The notes below the pieces were generated by a model. It did no database searches. It was not told where the DNA came from and worked only from the letters and a program-made list of their open reading frames with translations. A stretch of 64,000 bases of DNA from an uncultured Acidobacteriota bacterium (lineage in GTDB: Bacteria > Acidobacteriota > UBA6911), in the NCBI GenBank assembly GCA_963843575.1, contig CAWJKZ010000010.1, forward strand, positions 64,001 to 128,000, in the 5' to 3' direction. Below are positions 28,048 through 38,206 of this stretch, one piece after another (position 1 is the stretch's first letter; each line of letters begins with the position of its first letter). Made by a program: the position numbers and the translations under genes.

Positions 28048-29115
28048 ATGGAATACAAAGTTACACGCCGCGGCTTTATGCGGGCGGCAGCCGCGGTAGC
28101 GGCCACCCCGCTCCTGAATGCCCGATCGCGCAGCGCGCAGGCCCAGGCGCCCGCCGCCGGGCGCCGGTCGGTCGTGGCGCTGGTCGAGGGTCCAAACCGC
28201 CGCAAGAACATCCGCGACGCACTCGCCGCAATCGAGGAGCAGATCCTCCCGGTCCTGAAGCGCAAGAAGTACGTGGTGATCAAGCCGAATCTCGTCTCCA
28301 CCGTGAACCAGCTGGCTGCGACGCACGCCGACGCGCTGTGCGGCATCCTCGACTTCCTGGCGCCGCGGTTCAAGGGCCCGGTGGTGATCGCGGAATCGTC
28401 GGCCGGCAACACGCTCGAGGGCTACGACAACTTTGGATACCCCGGGGTGGTCAGGGAATTCAAATCGCGGCGGGTCAGCTTGGTCGATCTGAACGAGGAG
28501 GCCCGGTACGAACTCTCTTCGGTGATAGATGCCGACCTCCACGTCGTGCCGGTGCGGCTGGCGGCCAGGCTGCTGGACCCGGAGGCCTTCATTCTCTGTG
28601 CTGCGGTGATGAAAACCCACAACGTCGTGGTGGCGACGCTGTCGATCAAGAACATGACCCTGGGAGCCCCGCTGCACAACCCGCGCAAGGAAAGCAAGCG
28701 GTGGAACGACAAGCGGCTTTATCACGGCGGGGTGCGGCAGACACACGCCGACATGCTGCTTACCGCCCAGAAGATGCAACCGTTCTGGGGGGCGACGGTC
28801 ATCGACGGGTACGAGGGGATGGAAGGAAACGGCCCGTCTTCGGGGCTGCCGGTGCCCTCGCACATCGCCATCGCCTCCACCGATTTCGTGGCCGCCGACA
28901 GGGTCGGGATCGAGGCCATGGGAATCGACCCCGCCTGGATCGGGTATCTGAACTACTGCGGCCTCAGCGGACTGGGGCAGTCTGATCTCGGGAGCATCGA
29001 CATCCGGGGCGTAAGTGTCGGGTCGGTCGCCCGGAAATATCAGCTTCACCCGGACCTCGAGCGGCAGCTGCAGTGGATGGGCCCCATGACCGAGCTGCCT
29101 CCAAAGCTCGGCTGA
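28048..29115 (+). CDS. DUF362 domain protein with twin-arginine leader
   Basis: TRRGFM, VVIKPNLV, MKTHN, TLSIKN, IDGYEGMEGNGP, DFVAAD. Confidence 0.88.
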   Translation: MEYKVTRRGFMRAAAAVAATPLLNARSRSAQAQAPAAGRRSVVALVEGPNRRKNIRDALAAIEEQILPVLKRKKYVVIKPNLVSTVNQLAATHADALCGILDFLAPRFKGPVVIAESSAGNTLEGYDNFGYPGVVREFKSRRVSLVDLNEEARYELSSVIDADLHVVPVRLAARLLDPEAFILCAAVMKTHNVVVATLSIKNMTLGAPLHNPRKESKRWNDKRLYHGGVRQTHADMLLTAQKMQPFWGATVIDGYEGMEGNGPSSGLPVPSHIAIASTDFVAADRVGIEAMGIDPAWIGYLNYCGLSGLGQSDLGSIDIRGVSVGSVARKYQLHPDLERQLQWMGPMTELPPKLG

Positions 29116-29183
29116 GTATCGCAGGGTAGCACGCGGATCGACACCGGCCCAGGGGAGGCGTTGCGGTCGAATTTCGCAATGGC

Positions 29184-29253
29184 TTGGCGCCGAGGCGCCG
29201 AGTATTCCGGGCGCAGGACCCACCCAAAAGCGGCGCCGAGGCGCCGCACTCCA
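29184..29253 (+). repeat. REP-like palindromes, two copies
   Basis: TTGGCGCCGAGGCGCCGA (29184-29201) and AAAAGCGGCGCCGAGGCGCCGCACTCCA (29226-29253), between convergent genes. Confidence 0.8.
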
Positions 29254-29256
29254 GAT

Positions 29257-32103
29257 TCAGCGTGCGGCCTTCTCTAGCCTGGACCAGGCTTGTTGCAGCG
29301 CTTCCCCGTCGGCGGCGGCGCGAGCCTTGAAGGAGTGGAACGGAGCGCTGTCGGAGGCGAAACGCAGTTCGACGGTGCGTCCCTGGACTTTGAGCTTAAG
29401 CCTGGGAAACGGCACGTTAAACCCGTGCGATCCCGACGCGGGCTCGTAACGCACTTCGAGGCCGCTCACCAGTAGTGCCCCGCTGCAGCTCCCGCGCAAG
29501 AGGCCGTGGGAGTGCTCGACGGCGAGGCGGTACACCTGCTCACGCGCCCTTCGGCTGGCCAGCGCCGCCGCGTCGGAGCCGGACGCCGGACGCAGGGCGC
29601 GGGCGTCATAGACAAACACCGCCTTCTCGCCGTCCGAGAAATCGTGGATCAGGCTCAGGGCAGCGCCCGTCGTGGTTTTCACCGAGACGGAGTGTTCCCC
29701 GATGGACACGGGGGCCGCGTCGATCTCCCCGGCGCTTCCGATGGGGAACCCGTCAAACAGGACCACGCCGGGCTCCGCCAGGCGGTGCACGGACAGGAAG
29801 GCGCGGGCCGCGGTCTTCCTGGCCTCCAGCACCCGGCGCTGCGCCGCCAGCGCGGGATCGGAAGGGTTAAGCGACTCGAGCCGGGCGAGAGCCACGGTGG
29901 CGTCGGGATATCGCCTGTCGGCGATGGCGGGCTCCACGACTGCGATCAGCTGTTGGCACTCGGCAGCCCGGGTGCGCACGGACTCCGCCTGGGTGCTGCC
30001 CGGGTTTGCCGTCAACCACTCGTTCACCGCACGCTGGACCTCGGCGTACTTGCCAGCGCGGAAGAGGTCGCCCGTGCGGCGCGTCCAGGCCTCCTCGACC
30101 GAGGCCAATCTGGCTGCTTCCGCCTGCTCGGTCTTCTTGCGCTCGGATTCCCGGGAAAGCTCCGCGTTTTTGGCGTCCCAGCTGCGCCGGAGGCTGGTCA
30201 GGGCAGGGTGATCGGGGTTTGAGGCCGCGATCCTATTGATCTCCACGCGGGCCTTGCGCAGCTGACCGGCCGTTATCAAAGTGGTGGCGGCGGTAATCTG
30301 CTTTCCAAGCGCTTCGGCGTCTCCCTGGCGCGCGGATTCCGTGGCCTCCAGCCGGTCGCGGAGCGCTCTGGCCGTTGCGTACTCGGGCTCCAGTTCGAGA
30401 GCGCGGTTCAGGAACAGCCGTGCTTCGGCCGATCTCCCCTGCACCGCCATCGTCTCGGCCTGCCGCACCAGCAGATCGGCGGTGGCGGCGGGATTGTCGG
30501 AGTCCGCAACCGCGGCAGGGACGGGGGCAGGCGGTGCGACAGGGGCGCCGCCGAGGTGGCCCGGAGACGACGCATCCAGCCCCGACATGGCCCGCGCCAC
30601 GAATCCGGAGCGCAATACCCAGACCGAGGCGGCGGCGAGCGCCAGGAAGGCGAGCACGGCAGCCCAGACGGCGGGCCGGGCGAACCAGGAATGCCGCGAA
30701 AGCACCGGTCCGTGGAGCTCGGCCTGGATCTCCCTCTCCACGGGGACACGCGTTTCGCCCGGGAGGCGCCCGTCCGCGACTGCAGGTTGAGGTCGCGGCG
30801 TTCCGTCGCCTGGCACGGAGGACTCCAGGAACGCCAGTTCCTGGAGGTCAAGGGACAGGGGAGCACCCGGTTCGAGCTCCGGCCCGGTATTCGTGTTCGG
30901 CGGAACGGAGGCCCGCATGACAGGCTGATCGATGGCCTGCGGCGGCAACAGGGGGGCAGCCTCGGCCCCCCCCCTGTCGTCGAGCCGGCCTGCCAGGGAA
31001 GGGCCGGCCTTTTCGGAGGGGGCCTCGCGCCGCTCCGGGGCTGTTGATTCTGGTGGGGGCTTCGTCCCGCGGCGTCGCCCCAAAATCGAGTAGATGACGG
31101 CGTTCTGGGCGGCCAGCCTGGACATGAGACCGTCGAGCGTCGCGTAGTCCCTCCCCTGCTCCCCCGCCACGACCTTCTGAATCTCCCCGAGCAGCACCGA
31201 CAATTCGCCGGGGGCCTCGCGACGGCCGGCAGCCCTCCTCAGACGGGGCACCGCGACCTGCAGTTCGACGAGCATTGCGTGGCACTCGCGGGCGATGTCG
31301 TCCAGCAGATCGACGCATTCCGCGGCAACCTCGTCCATGCGCTGGAATCTCTCGTCAGGTTCCTTGGCGAGGCACTTCTCGACGATGTGGCCCAGGCCCG
31401 GAGGTGCATCCTCGAAGGGCTCAAACCCGGGCAGGCACTCCTCCGAGAGGATGTTGTCGAGCACCCGGTTGCTGTTGCCGTCCTGGAACGGGTGTGTACC
31501 GGTGAGGAGCTCGTAGAAGATCATGCCCGCGACGAAGATCTCGGACCGGGTGTCGTAGTGTTTCTCGCCGATTTGCTCCGGGGCCAGGTACAGGGGAGTA
31601 CCCCAGCGCAGGGCCGGGCGCGTGAGTGCCCGGGCCAAAACCTGCGACAGGCTGAGGTCGACGATCTTGATAGTCCCGTCGGGGCATACGAAGATGTCCT
31701 CCGGCCTCAGGTCCCTGTGCAGGATGCCGTTGTCGTGCGCATGGCCGAGTCCCGCCGCCAATTGCTGCATCAGGGCGATCCTCTTCTCCACGGGAAGCGA
31801 CGCATCCGCGGCGACGCGCCGGAGGTTCTCCCCTTCGACAAACTCGGTCGCAACGAAGGTCGAGCCGGCCTCCTCGCCGAATTCGTACAACTGCGCGATG
31901 TTGGGATGACGCAGACCGGAGAGGGTCTCGCAGACGCGGTGGACTTCGCCCCGGAGTTCCGCATCCCACCGGATGTCGCCGCTCAGGATCCGCAGGGCCA
32001 CCACACGGTCGCCGCGGCTGTCGTGGGCCCGGTACACGGTGCCGAGCGTCCCCTCGCCGACCGGTTCCAGGATACTGTAGCCTTGCAGGTTTGTTGTGGA
32101 CAT
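29257..32103 (-). CDS. membrane Hanks-type Ser/Thr kinase-like protein (probable pseudokinase) with TM, TPR-like repeats and C-terminal beta domains
   Basis: GEGTLGTVY, HPNI, HRDLRPED, GTPLYLAPEQ; TM AVWAAVLAFLALAAASVWVL; TPR-like ALELEPEY. Confidence 0.88.
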   Translation of the reverse strand: MSTTNLQGYSILEPVGEGTLGTVYRAHDSRGDRVVALRILSGDIRWDAELRGEVHRVCETLSGLRHPNIAQLYEFGEEAGSTFVATEFVEGENLRRVAADASLPVEKRIALMQQLAAGLGHAHDNGILHRDLRPEDIFVCPDGTIKIVDLSLSQVLARALTRPALRWGTPLYLAPEQIGEKHYDTRSEIFVAGMIFYELLTGTHPFQDGNSNRVLDNILSEECLPGFEPFEDAPPGLGHIVEKCLAKEPDERFQRMDEVAAECVDLLDDIARECHAMLVELQVAVPRLRRAAGRREAPGELSVLLGEIQKVVAGEQGRDYATLDGLMSRLAAQNAVIYSILGRRRGTKPPPESTAPERREAPSEKAGPSLAGRLDDRGGAEAAPLLPPQAIDQPVMRASVPPNTNTGPELEPGAPLSLDLQELAFLESSVPGDGTPRPQPAVADGRLPGETRVPVEREIQAELHGPVLSRHSWFARPAVWAAVLAFLALAAASVWVLRSGFVARAMSGLDASSPGHLGGAPVAPPAPVPAAVADSDNPAATADLLVRQAETMAVQGRSAEARLFLNRALELEPEYATARALRDRLEATESARQGDAEALGKQITAATTLITAGQLRKARVEINRIAASNPDHPALTSLRRSWDAKNAELSRESERKKTEQAEAARLASVEEAWTRRTGDLFRAGKYAEVQRAVNEWLTANPGSTQAESVRTRAAECQQLIAVVEPAIADRRYPDATVALARLESLNPSDPALAAQRRVLEARKTAARAFLSVHRLAEPGVVLFDGFPIGSAGEIDAAPVSIGEHSVSVKTTTGAALSLIHDFSDGEKAVFVYDARALRPASGSDAAALASRRAREQVYRLAVEHSHGLLRGSCSGALLVSGLEVRYEPASGSHGFNVPFPRLKLKVQGRTVELRFASDSAPFHSFKARAAADGEALQQAWSRLEKAAR

Positions 32104-32316
32104 GACCCCCTCAGCCGACGGCCAGATACCATGGCCCTGTGCAAATTCTAAGCCGGGAAGGGGGAACGGTTTGTGAGCCGGGTCACTTGCCGGCCTTTCG
32201 GCGATCAGCGTTAAAATCGCGCCGGCGAACGAGTATTATCTGTTCATCCACCTTTGCCGTCGGGGGAAGCCGTGGGCGTCTTGGCCCCCGTGAAGGTATT
32301 CGACCAGGAGAACTAG

Positions 32317-32970
32317 GTGAGAAAAACTCGGTTTGTTAACAGCGCGGCAATCGTTGTTCTGGCGTTGTGCGCAGTGTCGGTCGCAGCTTCCGGCTCGGGA
32401 CAGGCCGGCGCAGAAGGCTGGCAGAGCCTGTTCGACGGCCGGAGCCTCGACGGGTGGGAGATACCCAAGTTCGGCGGGGACGGCAAGGTCCAGGTCCGGA
32501 ACGGTCAGATCATACTGGGGACGGGGGTGACGCTGACGGGTGTGACCTCGACACGGAAGGACCTCCCCAAGATGAACTACGAGCTGAGCCTGGAGGCGAT
32601 GAAGCTCGCGGGCAGCGACTTCTTCTGTGGGCTCACGTTTCCGGTGGGCGAATCGTACTGCAGCTTCATCGTCGGCGGCTGGGGCGGGGGCGTCGTCGGG
32701 CTGTCGAGCATCGACGGCATGGACGCCTCGGAGAATGAGACCAGCCAGGGCATGGATTTCGCCAAGAACCGCTGGTACCGCATCCGTGTGCGCATCACCC
32801 CCGGGCGGATCCAAGCGTGGATCGACGACCGGAACTTCGTCGACGTCGATACCAAGGGGAAGAGAATCTCCATCAGGCCGGAAGTGGATCTTTCGGTGCC
32901 GCTGGGCGTCGCCGCGTGGATCACGGAGTCCGCGCTGCGGGACATCAAGATCCGCCCCGTCAAACCGTAG
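32317..32970 (+). CDS. DUF1080 (3-keto-disaccharide hydrolase-like) secreted protein
   Basis: Signal peptide, WQSLFDGRSLDGW, NYELSLE, GGWGG. AGGAG RBS before GTG. Confidence 0.85.
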   Translation: MRKTRFVNSAAIVVLALCAVSVAASGSGQAGAEGWQSLFDGRSLDGWEIPKFGGDGKVQVRNGQIILGTGVTLTGVTSTRKDLPKMNYELSLEAMKLAGSDFFCGLTFPVGESYCSFIVGGWGGGVVGLSSIDGMDASENETSQGMDFAKNRWYRIRVRITPGRIQAWIDDRNFVDVDTKGKRISIRPEVDLSVPLGVAAWITESALRDIKIRPVKP

Positions 32971-32986
32971 ACGCCGGGCTCCATCA

Positions 32987-33010
32987 GGAGTGCGGGGCTC
33001 GACGCAGCTT
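32987..33010 (+). repeat. REP-like variant
   Basis: GGAGTGCGGGGCTCGACGCAGCTT, similar to 17613-17631. Confidence 0.6.
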
Positions 33011-33040
33011 CGGGGCGGCGTCTGGGGGCGGCGCACACAA

Positions 33041-33094
33041 GCGAAGGCTTGCCACGGAAGAATACGGGAAAAACCTAACTTTGGATTTCCGTGG
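33041..33094 (+). repeat. CCACGGAAGA-type intergenic repeat, copy 1
   Basis: GCGAAGGCTTGCCACGGAAGAATACGGGAAAAACCTAACTTTGGATTTCCGTGG aligns with the reverse complement of 43668-43730. Confidence 0.7.
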
Positions 33095-33199
33095 CAGGTT
33101 GTTGCGGTTGTATTTGAGCGGCGCTTCAGAGGGTTGCGATTTCCGATAGGGATTCCTGCGTGCTAAAGTAGAAAACTTAATGAGCAGGAAAAGGAGCGT

Positions 33200-34993
33200 A
33201 TGATCAGCGATCTCATTATTGGCATGGCCGGGTCGGGGGGAGACGGGATTGTCTCGGCCGGCGAATCCCTCATCACCGCCGCCGCGCTGGAGGGGTATTA
33301 CGCCATACTGACGAAGAGCTTCGGGTCGCAGATCCGGGGTGGCGAGTCGTCGTGTCGCATCCGGATCTCCAACCGGCAGGTCATGAATCCCGGCGGCACC
33401 CTCAACGTGGCGGTCGCACTGAACTGGGAAGACTTCCTCAAGTTCGGCGCCGAGCTTCCGGTGGGTGGTCAGACGATCGTCATCTACGACAGCAGGACAG
33501 GGGTAGCGCCCGACAAGCTTCCGCTTCCCGGGATCTGGCCTGCGGAGGTCATTGCCGTTCCCATCGAGCAGATGGCCAAACAGACCGCCGGGACGGAAAA
33601 GGCAAAGAACACGATCGTGCTCGGGCTGTTCGCCGGCTGGTTCGGGATTGCACGCCGCGCGCTCCTTTCGGGCATTCAGAAGAGGCTGGCCAAGAAAGGC
33701 GCCGCGGTGGTCGACGCCAACGAACGTGCCTTTGCCGCGGGGATCGAATACTCGGAATCTCACCCGCTCAGCGCCGGAAGCGCGATGCACCTGGCCGAAT
33801 CCGACGGCAAGACGAAGCTGCTGGTAGACGGCAACGAGCTGTGCGGTGCCGCCGCCATCTTCGCCGGGTGCCAGTTCTTCGGGGGCTACCCGATCACGCC
33901 CTCCACCGAGATCATGCAGTATCTGAACCGGGAGATCTGGAAGTACGGCGGGACGGTGCTCCAGGCTGAGGATGAGATCGCCGGCGTCGGCGCCGTCGTG
34001 GGGGCATCCTTCGCGGGCAAGAAAGCGATGACGGCGACTTCCGGGCCGGGTATGTCCCTGAAGACGGAGATCTTGGGACTCGCCACCATTGCCGAACTGC
34101 CGCTGGTATGCGTCGACGTCCAGCGTGGGGGACCCTCCACCGGCATCCCCACCAAGAGCGAACAGTCGGACGTGTTCCAGGCCGTCTTTTCCAGTCACGG
34201 CGACAACGTGCGCCCTGTCCTGGCCCCGATAAGCGTGGAAGATACCTTCGGGATCACGGTGGAGGCGTTCAACATCGCGGAGCACTACCAGACGCCGGTA
34301 ATCATTCTCTCGGATCAGGAAATCGGTCAACGGAAGGAGTCGGTGGTGCCGATCGACACCTCGCGCTTCCGCCTTGTGGAGCGAAAGCGGCCCTCGGCTA
34401 CCGACCTTCACCACTATGAACGGTTCCGCATCACCGAATCGGGAATCAGCCCGATCAGCCAGCCCGGCATGCGGGACGGGAATTATCTGGCGTCCGGCAT
34501 CGAACACAACGAGAAAGGCGCGCCCACGGCAAGCGGAGAAGTGCACGCGCGCATGAACGAGAAGCGCATCCGGAAGCTCAATCCGCTCAAGCGGCGCCGC
34601 GACCTGTTCGTGCTCGAGGGGGATCCCGACGCTCCCATCGCCCTGATCAGCTGGGGCAGCGTGGCGGGCGTCGCCGCCGAGGCCCTCCAACTGGCGCGCA
34701 AGGAGGGATTTCGCGTGAAGCTCCTGATCCCGAAGCTGATCTACCCGATTGCGCAGGAAGTCTTTCGCGAATTCTTCAAGTCGGTCGAAAACGGTCTGTT
34801 TGTCGAACAGTCGCACCAGGGCCAGTTCTACCGCCTGGTCCGGATGTTCGTCGACGTGCCGCCCGGAGTCGGGCAACTGGCGCGCAGCGGCTCCAACCCC
34901 ATTCTCCCGGGCGAGATCGTGGACCGCTTGCGGGAGATGGCGCTCGCCATGCAGCGCAGGCAGATGCCTGAGACGGAGCCCCAGCTCGGATAG
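33200..34993 (+). CDS. korA: 2-oxoacid:ferredoxin oxidoreductase subunit alpha
   Basis: GSGGDG, SQIRGGES, GYPITPS, QAEDEIA, TATSGPG, QRGGPSTGIPTK. Confidence 0.95.
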   Translation: MISDLIIGMAGSGGDGIVSAGESLITAAALEGYYAILTKSFGSQIRGGESSCRIRISNRQVMNPGGTLNVAVALNWEDFLKFGAELPVGGQTIVIYDSRTGVAPDKLPLPGIWPAEVIAVPIEQMAKQTAGTEKAKNTIVLGLFAGWFGIARRALLSGIQKRLAKKGAAVVDANERAFAAGIEYSESHPLSAGSAMHLAESDGKTKLLVDGNELCGAAAIFAGCQFFGGYPITPSTEIMQYLNREIWKYGGTVLQAEDEIAGVGAVVGASFAGKKAMTATSGPGMSLKTEILGLATIAELPLVCVDVQRGGPSTGIPTKSEQSDVFQAVFSSHGDNVRPVLAPISVEDTFGITVEAFNIAEHYQTPVIILSDQEIGQRKESVVPIDTSRFRLVERKRPSATDLHHYERFRITESGISPISQPGMRDGNYLASGIEHNEKGAPTASGEVHARMNEKRIRKLNPLKRRRDLFVLEGDPDAPIALISWGSVAGVAAEALQLARKEGFRVKLLIPKLIYPIAQEVFREFFKSVENGLFVEQSHQGQFYRLVRMFVDVPPGVGQLARSGSNPILPGEIVDRLREMALAMQRRQMPETEPQLG

Positions 34994-35034
34994 CCCCGCG
35001 GCGGCGCGCTTCGATTTATGAAAGGTCAACAGCC

Positions 35035-35925
35035 ATGAGCACAGCTCCCCCGAAAGCAGTCGAAGAGTACTCTTCCAAGGACTACAAGAGCGACCTGAAG
35101 CCCATCTGGTGCCCCGGATGCGGCGATTTCGGCGTAGTCTCCGCCATCTATCGCGCCCTGGCCAACATCGGCCGCCCGCCGCACGAGATCGCCTTCGTTT
35201 CCGGGATCGGCTGCTCGAGCCGAATCCCGGGTTATACCACCGCGTATGGCTTCAACAGCGTGCACGGCCGCGCGCTGCCCATCGCGCAGGGCATCAAGCT
35301 CGCCAACCCGGACCTCCTGGTGCTGGTCGCGGGGGGCGACGGCGACGGCTTCTCCATCGGCGGAGGACACGTGCCCCACGCCATCCGTCGAAACATCGAC
35401 CTGACGTACATCGTGATGGACAACCAGATTTACGGTCTGACGAAGGGACAGCTTTCGCCGACGTCCCCCAGGGGCTTGAAAACCTCCTCGTCGTCGTACG
35501 GCAGCCTCGAAGAGCCCGTCAACCCACTCCTCTACGTGCTGGGTTACGGGGCCGGTTTCGTGGCCCAGGGAACGCCGGCGGACATGGGCGGACTCGCGGA
35601 CATCATAGAAGAAGCCATCCGCTTCCCCGGCTTCGCCTTCGTCAACGTGCAGTCTCCCTGCGTCACGTTCGGACAACCCGAGGCGCAGCTGAAGGCGCAA
35701 AAAGCGACCATGCAGAGCCTGCAGGAACTGAAGCACGATCAGAGCGACCGCCTGAAAGCCATGGATCTCGCGCAGTGGTATGGGACGAGGCTGTACACGG
35801 GCGTCCTCTACCGTCACCCGAATCCGCCGCCCACCTACAGCGACCTGGTGGCCGAGCGCTGGAAGGAACTCGGTGCGGCGGCGGTCCCCAAATCCGAAAT
35901 CCTTCAGAACTTCATCCCGAAATAG
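35035..35925 (+). CDS. korB: 2-oxoacid:ferredoxin oxidoreductase subunit beta
   Basis: WCPGCGD, SGIGCS, HGRA, GGDGD, DNQIYGLTKGQ, SPCVTF. Confidence 0.95.
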   Translation: MSTAPPKAVEEYSSKDYKSDLKPIWCPGCGDFGVVSAIYRALANIGRPPHEIAFVSGIGCSSRIPGYTTAYGFNSVHGRALPIAQGIKLANPDLLVLVAGGDGDGFSIGGGHVPHAIRRNIDLTYIVMDNQIYGLTKGQLSPTSPRGLKTSSSSYGSLEEPVNPLLYVLGYGAGFVAQGTPADMGGLADIIEEAIRFPGFAFVNVQSPCVTFGQPEAQLKAQKATMQSLQELKHDQSDRLKAMDLAQWYGTRLYTGVLYRHPNPPPTYSDLVAERWKELGAAAVPKSEILQNFIPK

Positions 35926-36050
35926 GCTACCGTCTGGAGATTCGGGTTACAGCCCTGCGGCGCGGGTCCGATTCCGGAGCATGATGCCAGGCCCGTCGCC
36001 CGCGGCGTTCAGGAGTCCGGGAGTAGCCGGAAGTACGGGTTGCCCTGTCT

Positions 36051-36659
36051 TCACCTCACGTTCTGGTCGATGAAATTCTTGAGGATCGGATAAGACACCC
36101 CGCCGACGACACGCTGTTCGCGACCACCGACGGTGACGAAAAAAGTGGGGGTGGAGGTCACGCCGCGGCCGTTCCCGATCATGACGGCTCGGTCGATCTC
36201 CTCGTCCACGGCCGGGCCTTCCATAATTTTCTTGGCGCGCGCCAGATCCTCGGGAGAGAGGGCGCGCGCGACGGCGGCTTCCACCTTGCCGTCGGCGGAC
36301 CACAGCGCCTGCTCGGTGTAAAGCGCATCGGATACCTGCGCCCACTGGACCCTGCCCAGTCGCTTGGCCGCGACCGCGAAACGCGACGCCACGCGGGCAT
36401 AGGGATGCTGCTTGAGGGGAAACTCGTAGTAGTAGATGCTGACCTTGTTGAACCGCGCGTAGTTCTCGATCACGGGGCGGACGGTTTCCAGGTAAAAGCT
36501 CCGGCAACTGGGACACTGGAAGTCCGAAAAGACCTCCATCTTCACGGGCGCGTTGGGCAGGCCGGCGACACACTCGAGGCTCTCGTCCACGAATCCAGGC
36601 GCCGGGCCGGCCAGGCCGAGGACGATGGTGATCCCGAGGACAGCAGCAGATCTTCTCAT
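36051..36659 (-). CDS. DsbA-family thioredoxin-fold protein
   Basis: Signal peptide, FSDFQCPSC, FPL, GVTSTPTF. Confidence 0.9.
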   Translation of the reverse strand: MRRSAAVLGITIVLGLAGPAPGFVDESLECVAGLPNAPVKMEVFSDFQCPSCRSFYLETVRPVIENYARFNKVSIYYYEFPLKQHPYARVASRFAVAAKRLGRVQWAQVSDALYTEQALWSADGKVEAAVARALSPEDLARAKKIMEGPAVDEEIDRAVMIGNGRGVTSTPTFFVTVGGREQRVVGGVSYPILKNFIDQNVR

Positions 36660-36814
36660 GAAGTCGTTCCCTCTCTCGATAGCATCGAAGCATACGGGTT
36701 CAGGGGCCTGGGTTCAAGCCTTCGGGCGGCCGAACGCCGCACTGCCGCCCGGGTTGATCTTTGCTCCGCTCTCTGCGAAAGTACTCGGAAGTACCGTGGA
36801 CGGAGGGTACCAGA

Positions 36815-38206
36815 ATGTCGGAGGCCGACCTGCTCTACTCCATAAACCCCGCGACGGAAGAGGTGGCTGCCACCTTCGAGCCGTTCCCGGCCGACCGCAC
36901 GGACGAGAGGATTCAAGGGGCGGCCCATACCTTCAGGGCGTGGCGGCGGACTCCATTGGGCGAGCGCGCCGCACTGCTGCGCGAGGCAGCATCCTGCCTT
37001 CGGCGCGGGAAGCCGAAGCTCGCCGGAATCATCACCGCCGAGATGGGCAAGCCGCTCGTCGAGTCCGAAGGCGAGGTGGAGAAGTGCGCGTGGGTGTGCG
37101 ACTACTACGCCGAAAACGGCGAACGCTTCCTGCGCGACGACCCGCGCGCCTCGAGCGCCTCCGAGAGCTACGTCCGGTATGGTCCGCTCGGGCCGGTCCT
37201 GGCGATCATGCCGTGGAACTTCCCGTTCTGGCAGGTGTTTCGCTTCGCGGCCCCCGCCCTGATGGCCGGCAATACCGCCCTGTTGAAGCACGCGTCCAAC
37301 GTGTGCGGCTGCTCGCTCGCCATTGAGCAGGTCTTCCGGGAATCCGGGTTCCCCGAGGGCTGCTTCGCCTCGCTCCTCGTGCCGGGCTCCCAGGTGGGCA
37401 GGATCATCGACGACCCGCGCGTGGCGGCGGTGACCCTGACCGGGAGCGAGAGCGCAGGGGCCGAGGTCGCCTCCCGCGCGGGGCGGGCCCTGAAAAAAAC
37501 GGTGCTGGAGCTCGGCGGATCCGATCCGTTCATCGTGCTGGAGGATGCCGACCTCGAGGCGGCGGTGGGCACCGCGGTGCGGGCGCGCTACATGAACGCA
37601 GGGCAGAGCTGCATCGCCGCCAAGAGGTTCGTCGTGGTCGAGCCGGTTTTCGATGAGTTCGAATCCCGCTTCTCACGGCGGGTCGCCGCGTTGAGAGTCG
37701 GCGACCCCACGGACCGCTCGACCGAGGTGGGGCCCCTGGCCCGTGCCGACCTGCTGGAGGCACTGCAAAAGCAAGTCCGGGCGTCCGCCGAGCGGGGCGC
37801 CCGCGTCCTGTGCGGCGGCAGCCGGAGACCGGGACGGGGTTATTTTTTCGCCCCCACGGTGCTGTCAGGCGTCCTTCCGGACATGCCCGCCGCCTGCGAG
37901 GAGGTGTTCGGGCCGGTCGCGGCGCTGATCCGGGCGCGAGATTGCGAGGAGGCCGTTTCCCTGGCCAACCAGTCCCGGTACGGGCTCGGCTCCAGCATCT
38001 GGACCGCCGACCTGAACCGGGCCCGGCGCATCGCCGCAGATATCGAGGCCGGCCAAGTGTTCATCAACGGCATGGTGGCTTCCGACCCGCGGCTCCCTTT
38101 CGGCGGGATCAAGCAGTCGGGCTATGGGCGAGAGCTGTCCGAACTCGGTTTGCGCGAGTTCGTCAACGTTCAGACCGTCTGGATCGGGCCGCATCTCGCG
38201 CGTTGA
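36815..38206 (+). CDS. NAD(P)-dependent succinate-semialdehyde dehydrogenase-like aldehyde dehydrogenase
   Basis: IMPWNFP, TGS, LELGGSDP, NAGQSCIAAKR, EEVFGP, PFGGIKQSGYGRE. GGAGG RBS. Confidence 0.92.
   Translation: MSEADLLYSINPATEEVAATFEPFPADRTDERIQGAAHTFRAWRRTPLGERAALLREAASCLRRGKPKLAGIITAEMGKPLVESEGEVEKCAWVCDYYAENGERFLRDDPRASSASESYVRYGPLGPVLAIMPWNFPFWQVFRFAAPALMAGNTALLKHASNVCGCSLAIEQVFRESGFPEGCFASLLVPGSQVGRIIDDPRVAAVTLTGSESAGAEVASRAGRALKKTVLELGGSDPFIVLEDADLEAAVGTAVRARYMNAGQSCIAAKRFVVVEPVFDEFESRFSRRVAALRVGDPTDRSTEVGPLARADLLEALQKQVRASAERGARVLCGGSRRPGRGYFFAPTVLSGVLPDMPAACEEVFGPVAALIRARDCEEAVSLANQSRYGLGSSIWTADLNRARRIAADIEAGQVFINGMVASDPRLPFGGIKQSGYGRELSELGLREFVNVQTVWIGPHLAR

Noticed and set aside
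12334-29253. Palindromic repeats as a possible CRISPR array
   Set aside because: Copies are dispersed kilobases apart, with no regular repeat-spacer period and no cas genes.
38163-38206. 44-bp convergent overlap of lon and the aldehyde dehydrogenase
   Set aside because: Short tail-to-tail overlaps of non-conserved C-termini are common in GC-rich genomes.
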